From assembly GCA_942492995.1 (NCBI GenBank), contig OW818653.1, positions 900,001-932,000 on the forward strand: a stretch of DNA of 32,000 nt, given 5' to 3'. Positions 1-8,770 of this stretch are shown one piece after another; the stretch's first letter is position 1, and every line of letters begins with the position of its first letter. The notes beneath the pieces are model-generated. The model ran no database searches, was not told where the DNA came from, and saw only the letters and a list, made by a program, of their open reading frames with translations. This stretch comes from an uncultured Erysipelotrichaceae bacterium (GTDB lineage: Bacteria > Bacillota_I > Bacilli_A > Erysipelotrichales > Erysipelotrichaceae). Position numbers and translations under genes: made by a program.

Positions 1-110
1 TGATACTTTAGATTCTGTATCAATTGTCTTACGAATAAATTACGGTTTTTACCTTTATTGGATAATTCCCCAAATCGTACTAATATACGATCTGTTTTAA
101 TCTCTGCCAT
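1..110 (-). CDS. thiI: tRNA 4-thiouridine synthase ThiI, first 36 codons only; the gene continues off the left edge
   Basis: Not in the ORF track. Minus-strand translation from the ATG at complement 108-110 gives MAEIKTDRILVRFGELSNKGKNRNLFVRQLIQNLKY. This matches the ThiI N-terminus (ILVRxGEhxLKGKNR). It overlaps the 3' end of the cysteine desulfurase by 14 nt, and desulfurase-thiI pairing is the Bacillus arrangement. Confidence 0.7.
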   Translation of the reverse strand, partial: MAEIKTDRILVRFGELSNKGKNRNLFVRQLIQNLKY

Positions 111-1251
111 GGATTCGTATCCCTTCTTTTAACACTGAAATAAGCTTATGGGCTTGTTCCATGGTGTTAGTATAACCGATACTGATTCTTAATACACCAT
201 TTAAGCGATTACCATCAATTCCCATAGCGGATAAAACATGGGATGGATGTATATCACGATTAAGGCATGTTGCCATTGCGGAGACATAGATTTTGTGTTG
301 ATTCAACCAACTTAACATTACTTGCGAAGGAACTGTTAAACATGAAATATTAAGGATATAGTTTGAACATAAATCACTTGGACTGTTAATTACAACATTC
401 TCCATTTGACTTATCTCACTTACTAAGTAAGCTTTAATTTCTTTAACGATATGTTCGTTATTTACATGATTCTCAAACGCTAAACGCATTGTTTTAGCCA
501 ATAAGATATGATTAATCGCATTGGGAGTTCCAGGACGTAAACCATGTTCCTGTTGACCACCTGTAATAATAGGATGACATTCGACATGATTCTTTTTGTA
601 TAATAATCCACTTCCCTTTACGCCATTTATTTTATGCGCTGAGAAACTAGCACAATCAATATAACTTAAATCTAAATCTATCTTTGTAAGGGCTTGAACA
701 GCGTCCACATGGAAAATCGCATTTGAATTTTCATGCACAATTTTCGCACATTCTTTAATTGGCATAATCGTTCCAATTTCATTATTTACAGCCATAATAC
801 TAACAAGTGTTGTATCAGGACGTAATGCCTTCTTTAAATCTTCTGGATTGATTCTTCCTTCACTGTTTACAGGTAAGAATGTAACATCAAACCCAAAAAA
901 AGATTCAAGGTCTAGAAATGAATCTAGAAGACTTGAATGTTCAACCGATGTAGTGATAAGATGCTTACCCTTTTTTTGGTACGCAAAAGCAATCCCTTTA
1001 ACTAAGATATTATTTGATTCTGTAGCGCCTGAGGTAAAATATAAATCATTGGAATTTACACTTAACATTGTCGCAATCGCCTCACGACTCTTACGCATCA
1101 TGGTTTGTATGGTTAAACCAGCCTCATGAAGTGATTCACTATTCGCATAATGAATTGGACTTAATTCAGTTAAACTTTTTAATACTTCTGGATGGACCGG
1201 TGTAGAACTAGCGTGGTCAAAATAAATCGAATCAGTGTGCACTTTTTGCAT
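97..1251 (-). CDS. nifZ: Class V PLP-dependent cysteine desulfurase (NifS/IscS family, NifZ-like partner of ThiI)
   Basis: The PLP-lysine motif SFSAHKINGVKG is present, with an active-site Cys near the C-terminus (SAMATCLNRDIHPSHVLSAMG). It sits between ezrA and thiI as in B. subtilis. The start is uncertain: AAGGAG lies only 1 nt before the ATG at 1251, so the in-frame GTG at 1242 is an alternative. Confidence 0.85.
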   Translation of the reverse strand: MQKVHTDSIYFDHASSTPVHPEVLKSLTELSPIHYANSESLHEAGLTIQTMMRKSREAIATMLSVNSNDLYFTSGATESNNILVKGIAFAYQKKGKHLITTSVEHSSLLDSFLDLESFFGFDVTFLPVNSEGRINPEDLKKALRPDTTLVSIMAVNNEIGTIMPIKECAKIVHENSNAIFHVDAVQALTKIDLDLSYIDCASFSAHKINGVKGSGLLYKKNHVECHPIITGGQQEHGLRPGTPNAINHILLAKTMRLAFENHVNNEHIVKEIKAYLVSEISQMENVVINSPSDLCSNYILNISCLTVPSQVMLSWLNQHKIYVSAMATCLNRDIHPSHVLSAMGIDGNRLNGVLRISIGYTNTMEQAHKLISVLKEGIRIHGRD

Positions 1252-2968
1252 TCTCCTTAATTAATCCTTCAAAATGTTTCGGTTGAACCGCTTCAATAGC
1301 CGCAATCGCAACTTTTATTCCTTGGGTATAATCCCCATTGCGATAAAGTAATTCAGCCCGTGTAAGTTGTGTATCAAGCTCTGAATCTAAACTACGATAC
1401 TTATTCCCATATACAATCGCATTCTCAATCATTTCTACTGTCCCAACAAGATTATTCACATTGTTATAGAGTTTATAGATATGATCAATCGCATCATTAA
1501 CGGTCGCATTTAAGAGTTGTATATCAATGGTGGATTCATCCAACAACTTCGCAATACTATTAACATATTGATAGGATTTACGCAAATCACCTTCATATGT
1601 TTCAGAGATAACAGGTAATCTAAACTTACGAATCTTAACTTGAATTTCATTCATAATTAAGTGTAATTTAAGGAGTTGTTTCTTCGCACGTTCTTCATCA
1701 TTACGCGCTGCCGATAAACGTTCTGCCGCATGATTTAAATCGTTCTTCGTATTATGAATCAATTGAATGGATTCTTTAAGATTCATCATTAATGTACTCG
1801 CCGGCAAACTATTATCCTCTGACATTTTGACATGTTGTTTATAATTAATTTCTAATTGTTTAAGTGACTTCGCTTTATCACTTAATAATTCAGTTAAGTC
1901 TTCCCATCCAAAGCGACCTGCATCTTTCTTTAGGTGTTCAACTAAATTACTATGTAATTCACGAATCTCATTAATATTTATACCAACTGAATCAAGAGTT
2001 TTAGCTAACTCATCATGCGCCGCTTCTTCTTTTTGCAAGGAAGTTAACACTTGACTTAAACGTTTCTGATTCTCACGTAAATGTTCTTCAACTTCTTTAA
2101 CTAAACAACGACTTAAACTAATGCGATCTTGACCTGTAGTCTCAGAGATTAACTCTAAATTTTTCTCTACTTCAATATGTTTTGTATATACTTGACGACT
2201 ATTTAAACGTTTTGTATATTCCGCAATTTCTTCAATTTGTTTCGGTATAATTCCATTCGCTAAGCTAATCAATTCTGGTAATACATCCAACCATACCTTT
2301 GTTTCAGTTAAGTTGGTTTGAATCTCTTCCATCTTCTCTTTTGCCTTCGCGAACTCAGACGCATACATCCATTCTTCAAAACTTGTGAATGATTTTTCAA
2401 TATCATTCATACGTTGTTCAAGCGTTGGTAAACTATGCGCTAACTGTACACTACGTGCTGTCAAATCAGCTTTCGTATGTCTAAATATTTCCTTCAACTC
2501 TGTAATCTGTCCACGTTGTTGGTTTTCTTCTTCTAAGATACTATCTAATTTACTGTTTAATTGATCCACTTGTTTCTCGATTTGGTTTAACATCTGTGCT
2601 AAATCTTGTAGATTAAGTTTCGCATGTTTACTTTTACCCACAACTAGTGCATCCTCTGTCTCAGCCAATACATTCACAATTGATTTAAAGTTTTCTTGGA
2701 TATCTTCAAAGCTATTCTTAAAATCATTCACATTCGCAAGTATTTCTGGATTAACACGCGCCAATGCGACCGCTTTGTTTAATTTGAAAGGTAATGGTAT
2801 ACTCTTAACGTTGTTATAACGTTTCTCAATTGCCTGCATTTTCTGTTTTAATTGATGTAAATTAAACCGTTTTACAACCAAAAATGCGATGACAAAAACA
2901 ATAAGAACAGCTAGTGCGATTTGTACTTCAATACGTTGTAAATATTGTAAAATTATGTCAAAATTCAT
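1232..2968 (-). CDS. ezrA: Septation ring formation regulator EzrA
   Basis: 578 aa with a single N-terminal TM helix (IALAVLIVFVIAFLVV) followed by long coiled-coil repeats. The N-terminal region KRYNNVKSIPLPFKLNKA is EzrA-like. A strong SD (AAGGAGGTGA) lies 7 nt upstream of the ATG. Confidence 0.85.
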   Translation of the reverse strand: MNFDIILQYLQRIEVQIALAVLIVFVIAFLVVKRFNLHQLKQKMQAIEKRYNNVKSIPLPFKLNKAVALARVNPEILANVNDFKNSFEDIQENFKSIVNVLAETEDALVVGKSKHAKLNLQDLAQMLNQIEKQVDQLNSKLDSILEEENQQRGQITELKEIFRHTKADLTARSVQLAHSLPTLEQRMNDIEKSFTSFEEWMYASEFAKAKEKMEEIQTNLTETKVWLDVLPELISLANGIIPKQIEEIAEYTKRLNSRQVYTKHIEVEKNLELISETTGQDRISLSRCLVKEVEEHLRENQKRLSQVLTSLQKEEAAHDELAKTLDSVGININEIRELHSNLVEHLKKDAGRFGWEDLTELLSDKAKSLKQLEINYKQHVKMSEDNSLPASTLMMNLKESIQLIHNTKNDLNHAAERLSAARNDEERAKKQLLKLHLIMNEIQVKIRKFRLPVISETYEGDLRKSYQYVNSIAKLLDESTIDIQLLNATVNDAIDHIYKLYNNVNNLVGTVEMIENAIVYGNKYRSLDSELDTQLTRAELLYRNGDYTQGIKVAIAAIEAVQPKHFEGLIKENAKSAH

Positions 2969-3028
2969 ACCATTTCACCTCCTTTTTATTGTATCATAAT
3001 CACACCCCTGTTTCGACTCTTTCATCAT

Positions 3029-3057
3029 TTGACAATAGGGTTCACAAATGCTAAACT
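3029..3057 (+). promoter_or_regulatory. SigA-type promoter of rpsD
   Basis: TTGACA (3029-3034), 17-nt spacer, TAAACT (3052-3057). Confidence 0.6.
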
Positions 3058-3211
3058 GTTAAAGCGTCAAAACGCGGCAGACAAAGTCATATAACGAGCG
3101 TTAATCACAACTGGCGATTAGTAACCAAGCTGCAACGGTGAAACTCTTAGATTAACACATTAGATGAAAATTTGTCCCCCTAGATTTGATTAAACCATAG
3201 GAGGTAACACA
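3058..3211 (+). promoter_or_regulatory. Long 5' leader of rpsD, candidate S4 autoregulatory leader
   Basis: An untranslated leader of about 150 nt lies between the promoter and the SD (TAGGAGGT). It contains small hairpins (GCGT-CAAA-ACGC; TAATC..GATTA) and three TAGAT repeats. B. subtilis rpsD is known to be autoregulated through its leader. The fold was not verified. Confidence 0.4.
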
Positions 3212-3823
3212 ATGGCACGCATTAATGGTCCGGTATGGAAAGTATCGAGACGCTTACAATTTTCAATTCTTGAAACTGGCGAAGAATTTGCTGGTAAGAG
3301 ACCACGTACGACTGCACCTGGTAAAGCACCAGATTCACGTCCTGCAAAACTAACTAACTACGGACAACAACTCCGTGAAAAACAACGTATTCGTTTCACA
3401 TATGGTGTTAACGAACGTCAATTCTACAACACTTACGTAAAAGCTCAACACTTAAAAGGTAACACTGGTCATAACTTCTTATTCTTATTAGAAAGTCGTT
3501 TAGACAATGTAGTATACCGTATGAGTTTAGGCAGAACACGTCGTGCAGCACGTCAACTCGTAAACCATGGCCATATCTTGGTCAATGGCGCAAAAGTTGA
3601 TATTCCTTCATACATCGTAAAACCTGGCTCAGTGATTTCTGTTAAAGAAGCATCACGTACTGTTCCAGCAATCAAAGAAGCATTAGAATCAACAGTTTCT
3701 ACAAAGAACTATGTTACATTCGACAAAGAAGCGATGAAAGGCACATATGTACGTTTGCCAGAACGTGCTGAATTAAATGATGTCATCAACGAAGCATTAG
3801 TTGTTGAATTCTACAACCGATAA
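3212..3823 (+). CDS. rpsD: 30S ribosomal protein S4
   Basis: 203 aa, MARINGPVWKVSRRL...RLDNVVYRMSLGRTRRAARQLVNHGHILVNG (S4 domain). Confidence 0.97.
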   Translation: MARINGPVWKVSRRLQFSILETGEEFAGKRPRTTAPGKAPDSRPAKLTNYGQQLREKQRIRFTYGVNERQFYNTYVKAQHLKGNTGHNFLFLLESRLDNVVYRMSLGRTRRAARQLVNHGHILVNGAKVDIPSYIVKPGSVISVKEASRTVPAIKEALESTVSTKNYVTFDKEAMKGTYVRLPERAELNDVINEALVVEFYNR

Positions 3824-3831
3824 GATAAATT

Positions 3832-3858
3832 AGAACATTGAAAAATGTTCTTTTTTTT
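3832..3858 (+). terminator. Rho-independent terminator of rpsD
   Basis: Stem AGAACATT / AATGTTCT with loop GAAA, followed by a T7-8 run. Confidence 0.8.
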
Positions 3859-3868
3859 ACCTATTATT

Positions 3869-3899
3869 AAAAAAAACAGACTTCACTAGGAAATCTGTT
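3869..3899 (-). terminator. Probable terminator ending the tyrS-to-rsuA gene string
   Basis: On the minus strand: AACAGA-(13 nt, with inner TTC/GAA pairing)-TCTGTT, then a T run. It overlaps the stop codon of the pseudouridine synthase gene. Confidence 0.45.
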
Positions 3900-4584
3900 T
3901 CAGTAATTCTATTTCGTTATCGGTTAATCTACGATATTCTCCAACCGCTAAACTACCATCATCAATAAGTGGTCCAAATTGATAACGATAGAGATCCACA
4001 ACTTCATTCTCACACGCAATCATCATACGTTTGATTTGATGATACTTACCTTGTGAGATTAATAGCTTCACTGTTTTATCATCAATTATTTCGATGGATG
4101 CTGGTTCACAGATTTCATTCTTATCAATCGCAATTCCTTTATGGATCGCTTCTATAAACTTTGGATTGAATGGTTCACGTAATGTGACTCTATACCCTTT
4201 TACAACATGATGTTTAGGAGCTAGTAAACGATGACCTAATTGACCATCATTACTGATGATTAAGTACCCTTCCGTATCGGCATCTAATCGACCAAATGCG
4301 TTGGTATCGGGCAATACATTTTCATGGATGTATTCATATACCGATGGATATTGGCTATTATCTTTCGAGCAGATACAACCTTTTGGTTTGTTTAATAGGA
4401 AATATTGTTTAGTCTCTACACTTATATTCAAATCAAATAGTTCAACTTCATCTGTTTCATTTATTTGATAATCATCATCTGTCACAACTTCTCCATTGAC
4501 CATGACTTGTGCGCCACGGATCAATCGTTTGACTTCCTTGCGACTTCCAAATCCATTATGGGCTAATAATTTGTCGAGTCTCAT
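3886..4584 (-). CDS. rsuA: S4-domain pseudouridine synthase, RsuA family (YtzG-like)
   Basis: 232 aa with an N-terminal S4 domain (MRLDKLLAHNGFGSRKEVKRLI) and the catalytic Asp motif GRLDADTEGYLIISNDG. ATGA overlap with the upstream flippase gene. Confidence 0.75.
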   Translation of the reverse strand: MRLDKLLAHNGFGSRKEVKRLIRGAQVMVNGEVVTDDDYQINETDEVELFDLNISVETKQYFLLNKPKGCICSKDNSQYPSVYEYIHENVLPDTNAFGRLDADTEGYLIISNDGQLGHRLLAPKHHVVKGYRVTLREPFNPKFIEAIHKGIAIDKNEICEPASIEIIDDKTVKLLISQGKYHQIKRMMIACENEVVDLYRYQFGPLIDDGSLAVGEYRRLTDNEIELLKQIS

Positions 4585-6209
4585 GTGTTTTTCACTTTCT
4601 TTACTAATCGTTTTAGATCTAAATTTAAGATATTCTGTGGGAGTTTAAAGTATGAAGTAGAGAATAAGTATACAAGTACGCCTACTACTCCATAAATACC
4701 CAATTCGATTAATGCGATAAGTCTACCTTGATCAATTACATTTAATCCAATAGCACGTAAGGCAAAGAAGCTCATCTGCATCGTAAATAGACCAATAAAC
4801 ATTAAACTAACCCGTTTGATACTTCTGCCATAAGAGACTTGATAGGTCTTCTTAATTAAGTACATATTGATTATGAATAATACGAGTTGATTAATCGCAT
4901 TAGAATAGATACTACCTTTATATCCAAACATTACAATTAATGGGACAAACAACGCAAACTTTAATAAGACGCCACCAAATGACACAATGAGATTTTGTTT
5001 ACGCAAGCGTAATGCCATCATCAATGCGTTTGATACAGCGGCTAAGTTAAACAAGATACCGGTAATACTGTTATACATCAATACTTCACCCCCCATTTGT
5101 AAGCTATGGGAACCATACATGACATAATAGATTTCCGTACTAATCCCAAATAGGAAGTACGCTAATGGGAGTGTGATATAGAATACCGTTTCGATTGAAT
5201 CTTGGACATGACTTTGCATCTGCTTGAGGTCTTTATTCTCAAATGCAGTTGTGACGTATGGGATGATAGCGGTAATGAATCCGGGTGCGACTACCTGTGG
5301 AATAGAAGTTAATTTATTCGTGGTAAACATAACCATCGAATAATACATGTCTGCCGTTTGTATCGTATCCCCATGCATTAACATTGCTTTATTAAAGAAG
5401 AGTAAGTTAATTGTATTATTACTGTTATTCATGAACACATTAAGAAGAAATGGAACAGAGAAATAGAACATTTCTTTGATTATTTCTTTTTGATTTGGAA
5501 CATCTTCATCACTAATATCAGCCTTAGCTTTGATCTCAGTTAAATATTTTCTATCCTTCTGAATAAAATAAATAATTGATGCGACTGCAGATAATGAAGT
5601 AGACGCAATGGCCGCATATACAGCCCATATCGCATCAAATTTCATGACATAAACGAGTAAGAATCCAATGCCTAATAAGAACGCAACACGCGCAATCTGC
5701 TCAAATACTTGCGAAAATGCATATATTTTAAGTTCTTTTAATCCTTGATAAAACCCTCGATAACTATTCAATAAAGGAACAGTAAAGACAGCTAAAGCCA
5801 TGATCATCATGACATTACGTGTTCGAATAACTTCAATTGAATTCGCTGCCCCACTGACTGAGAATTGCGCAATCGGATGAGCTGCGAAGAATAAGAAAAT
5901 CATAGCCACAAAGCCTAATAACGCTAATATCGCAGTTGATAACTTACGTACTAACAATACTGTTTTAAACTTACCTTTAAGTTGGTACTTCGCAACCATT
6001 GTCGCAATCGCAAACGGTAATCCCGCAATCGATACGTTTAATACAATTTCATACACGTTATACGCTCGCGCATAATACGAAAGATTCGCATCAGTCGCTA
6101 ACATCGTAAACGGTGTTACATACAAGATACCAATCGCTTTTGAAATAAAAACACCAGCACTGCTGGTTAGTCCGCCTAATATTAAAGAATGTTTTTGACG
6201 ATCATTCAT
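4581..6209 (-). CDS. MOP-superfamily polytopic membrane flippase (YtgP/MurJ-like 'polysaccharide biosynthesis protein')
   Basis: 542 aa with about 14 hydrophobic segments. The pairing with an RsuA-family gene mirrors B. subtilis ytgP-ytzG. Confidence 0.7.
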   Translation of the reverse strand: MNDRQKHSLILGGLTSSAGVFISKAIGILYVTPFTMLATDANLSYYARAYNVYEIVLNVSIAGLPFAIATMVAKYQLKGKFKTVLLVRKLSTAILALLGFVAMIFLFFAAHPIAQFSVSGAANSIEVIRTRNVMMIMALAVFTVPLLNSYRGFYQGLKELKIYAFSQVFEQIARVAFLLGIGFLLVYVMKFDAIWAVYAAIASTSLSAVASIIYFIQKDRKYLTEIKAKADISDEDVPNQKEIIKEMFYFSVPFLLNVFMNNSNNTINLLFFNKAMLMHGDTIQTADMYYSMVMFTTNKLTSIPQVVAPGFITAIIPYVTTAFENKDLKQMQSHVQDSIETVFYITLPLAYFLFGISTEIYYVMYGSHSLQMGGEVLMYNSITGILFNLAAVSNALMMALRLRKQNLIVSFGGVLLKFALFVPLIVMFGYKGSIYSNAINQLVLFIINMYLIKKTYQVSYGRSIKRVSLMFIGLFTMQMSFFALRAIGLNVIDQGRLIALIELGIYGVVGVLVYLFSTSYFKLPQNILNLDLKRLVKKVKNT

Positions 6210-6748
6210 TCTGTATCCTCTACAACAGGTGTTTCTACTTGTACAGGTGGATTAACATCTAAATCAAAACTAAAGTATTCACGTTCTGTTTTAATCTTAA
6301 AATAGTCTTTCCACATCACAAGAACTTTTATATTTACTTTGCCAGACTTCACAATACCATTTAAATTAAATCCTTTTTGATACCCTAATTCCGCATCAAC
6401 TTGGAAAGGAATTAAATGATATTCAGAATCTTCATATATCCCTATACTTGGCATCATTTCATCGGAAATAATCAATAATCCATCATCCACAATCGCTAAA
6501 ATCTCGACATCATACATCGCAATCTTAGGTTCATCCACAAATACATCGTAACGAAAAGTCCCATCATTTAAATCTGTGATACTGGATGATACCGCAAAAG
6601 AATTGGATGTGGACTTGAATTGTGTCGTATTTAAAATACTCTGATAATCGAGTTTATACGTCTCATATTTTTCTTTTAAGATTGTTTCACTATTACTACA
6701 ACCAACTAATAATAAACTGATCATTAAACCAACCAAATATTTACGCAT
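6206..6748 (-). CDS. Lipoprotein of unknown function
   Basis: Signal peptide plus lipobox MRKYLVGLMISLLLVGC|S. The start is placed at the ATG at 6748 because GAGG lies 7 nt upstream, and the ORF-track start at 6763 would contain that SD. No family recognised. Confidence 0.6.
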   Translation of the reverse strand: MRKYLVGLMISLLLVGCSNSETILKEKYETYKLDYQSILNTTQFKSTSNSFAVSSSITDLNDGTFRYDVFVDEPKIAMYDVEILAIVDDGLLIISDEMMPSIGIYEDSEYHLIPFQVDAELGYQKGFNLNGIVKSGKVNIKVLVMWKDYFKIKTEREYFSFDLDVNPPVQVETPVVEDTE

Positions 6749-6781
6749 TTGAAAACCTCGCATTAATTATAACAGATTAAA

Positions 6782-7273
6782 TTATTTCTTTGAATTTTTG
6801 ATGCCTTTTACTTTATTCTGAACTAATTCCGCAACTAGATTTGGCACAACATATTCATCATTCTTAAGGGTAAGAATAATTGTACTACGTTTACCTTTTG
6901 GTTTATAAGTCTTAATTGAGCGATATCGATCATAGACGATTCCATACATGAATTCTTTATCACTACTGAATAAACGTGAATTCATCCAAGCAGAGAATGC
7001 TTCAGAAATACACAATACCGCAAATATAATCGCCATAGAGAAACGTTCGACGACTGAACCTTCTACGAATAGAGAAATCGTAAATACGACAAAAGCTAAT
7101 ACAACAAACATATAAATATTACGTTTATTGTTAAATAATACTTCTACATCTTTGTTTTTCTCATAAAATACTTTGACATTATTACGATATTTAATCACTT
7201 CACTTAAACGAATCACGATGATGAAGATTGTCAGTACAGACGTAATACCCATTAATACCCAATTAATATCCAT
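6782..7273 (-). CDS. Small membrane protein of unknown function (3 predicted TM segments plus a basic C-terminal tail)
   Basis: 163-aa ORF that starts 2 nt after the tyrS stop. Hydrophobic segments are VLMGITSVLTIFIIVI, IYMFVVLAFVVFTISLFV and FSMAIIFAVLCISEAF. Confidence 0.5.
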   Translation of the reverse strand: MDINWVLMGITSVLTIFIIVIRLSEVIKYRNNVKVFYEKNKDVEVLFNNKRNIYMFVVLAFVVFTISLFVEGSVVERFSMAIIFAVLCISEAFSAWMNSRLFSSDKEFMYGIVYDRYRSIKTYKPKGKRSTIILTLKNDEYVVPNLVAELVQNKVKGIKNSKK

Positions 7274-7275
7274 TA

Positions 7276-8526
7276 TTATTTACCAAATTTGACCACAAAA
7301 TAGGTCTTCTTTCCTTTTTTAATGACAGTGTATTGATTAAAGAACGCATCTTTAGGCTCTAACTTAAATTCAAGTGATGTGACTTTGGTTCCATTCACCG
7401 TAATCGAACCCCCTGTAATCATTTCACGTGCTTCACGTTTACTACTACAGATTTTACCTTCTACAAGCGCATCAATCAATAAACTTTTACCCTCTAAGTT
7501 TAAACTAGGCGCATCACTTAACGCAAGACTTAATTCAGATTCACTTAAGGTATCCCATGCGCCATTAAAGAATACTGCTGTAATCTTCTTCGCACTTGTT
7601 AAACCTTCTGTTCCATGCACAAGTTCAGTTAATTCTTCTGCAAGTGATATTTGTGCTTCTCTTAAATGCGCTTGTGTTTTAACTTTATCCTCAAGTGCTT
7701 CAATTTCAGGCTTCGTAAGGAACGATAAACGTTTTAAGAAATCAACCACATCCGCATCGGATACATTCATCCAGTATTGGTAGAAATGATATGGACTTGT
7801 CTTTTCGCCATCTAACCAAATATTCTTACCTTCTGATTTACCGAATTTTGTCCCATCACTGTTTGTGATAAGGGGTGATGTTACACCAAATACTTTACTA
7901 TTTTCAACAGTCTTACGAATAAGTTCTGTACCACTGGTTAAATTACCCCATTGATCACTACCACCAATTTGTAATTCACAGTTGAAGTTTTGGTAAAGAT
8001 GTAAGAAGTCGATGGCTTGTAAGATTGTGTACGTAAATTCGGTATATGAAATACCGGTATCTAAACGACTTGAAATCGTTTCTTTATTAATCATGTAGTT
8101 TACGTTAAAGTACTTACCGTAATCACGTAAGAATGTCAATAAATCAATTTTGCTTAACCAATCATAATTATTCAGTGAGATAAGCGCATTCTTACCTTCA
8201 CTCGATAAAAACTTATCCAATTGGACACGAATCTTTTTACCATTCTCAATAATTTCTTCTAAACTTAATAATTTACGTTCAGTTGTTGGACGTGGATCAC
8301 CAATCATACCTGTTGCGCCACCTAATAGTGCAATTGGCGTATGACCATGTGTCTGATAACGTTTTAAGAGTAATAATTGTTGGAGTCCACCAATATGTAA
8401 AGAATCTGCAGTTGGATCAAATCCGCAATACAATACGAGTGGATTCTTGAGTCGCTCAATAAACCCCTCTTCATCTGTCACATCTTTAATTAGTCCACGC
8501 CATTTTAGTTCATCGAAAAATTCCAT
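7276..8526 (-). CDS. tyrS: Tyrosine--tRNA ligase
   Basis: HIGH-type motif (DSLHIGG), KMSKS-type motif (KFGKSEG) and a C-terminal S4-like domain. The true start is the ATG at 8526 (MEFFDELKWRG), preceded by AAGGAGG. The ORF-track GTG at 8583 reads through the T-box terminator. Confidence 0.95.
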   Translation of the reverse strand: MEFFDELKWRGLIKDVTDEEGFIERLKNPLVLYCGFDPTADSLHIGGLQQLLLLKRYQTHGHTPIALLGGATGMIGDPRPTTERKLLSLEEIIENGKKIRVQLDKFLSSEGKNALISLNNYDWLSKIDLLTFLRDYGKYFNVNYMINKETISSRLDTGISYTEFTYTILQAIDFLHLYQNFNCELQIGGSDQWGNLTSGTELIRKTVENSKVFGVTSPLITNSDGTKFGKSEGKNIWLDGEKTSPYHFYQYWMNVSDADVVDFLKRLSFLTKPEIEALEDKVKTQAHLREAQISLAEELTELVHGTEGLTSAKKITAVFFNGAWDTLSESELSLALSDAPSLNLEGKSLLIDALVEGKICSSKREAREMITGGSITVNGTKVTSLEFKLEPKDAFFNQYTVIKKGKKTYFVVKFGK

Positions 8527-8736
8527 TTTTTCCTCCTTATAATAGAAAAGCACCCTTCCAAGGGTGCTTGTGCACGGTACCACCTTAGTTGACTTTCGTC
8601 ACTTTAAACCTTAACGCGGCATACGGCCTTACTTTGCATAAAGCTGCTCCTTGGTGTATTCAATCTCTGTTTGTGATAATTCTCAGCGCCATTATCTCTC
8701 TTGAACAAACGCGAATTTACTCTGCCAAATCTACGC
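8527..8736 (-). promoter_or_regulatory. T-box riboswitch leader with tyrosine specifier (UAC)
   Basis: The minus strand carries an AGAGA/GA-motif region in stem I. The specifier loop reads ..GAAUACA.., with UAC at complement 8656-8658. The T-box sequence AACUAAGGUGGUACCGUG is followed by the terminator hairpin, directly upstream of tyrS. Confidence 0.9.
8545..8569 (-). terminator. Intrinsic terminator of the tyrS T-box (alternative to the antiterminator)
   Basis: AAGCACCCT-UGGA-AGGGUGCUU followed by UUUCUAUUAU. The 5' arm overlaps the 3' side of the T-box sequence. Confidence 0.85.
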
Positions 8737-8742
8737 AAAATC

Positions 8743-8770
8743 ATTATACACTACCAAACCAATTTTACAA
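8743..8770 (-). promoter_or_regulatory. Promoter of the tyrS leader
   Basis: Minus strand: TTGTAA (8770-8765), 16-nt spacer ending in TG, TATAAT (8748-8743). The -35 element abuts the ccpA-like stop codon. Confidence 0.65.

Noticed and set aside
7379-7783. Long plus-strand ORFs antisense to well-supported minus-strand genes: 848-1129, 4256-4468, 7379-7783, 8931-9287, 9809-10210, 12342-12773, 12607-12813, 16635-16949, 17015-17212, 18159-18509, 22087-22386, 23073-23291, 25226-25486, 29435-29764, 29984-30283, 30156-30344. Also the minus-strand ORFs 9352-9561, 10439-10636 and 20499-20786.
   Set aside because: These are shadow ORFs opposite or out of frame with genes that have clear family motifs. 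Their products are low-complexity (Ser/Thr/Phe-rich mirror images of Glu/Lys-rich genes). They lack SD sequences and have no recognisable domains.
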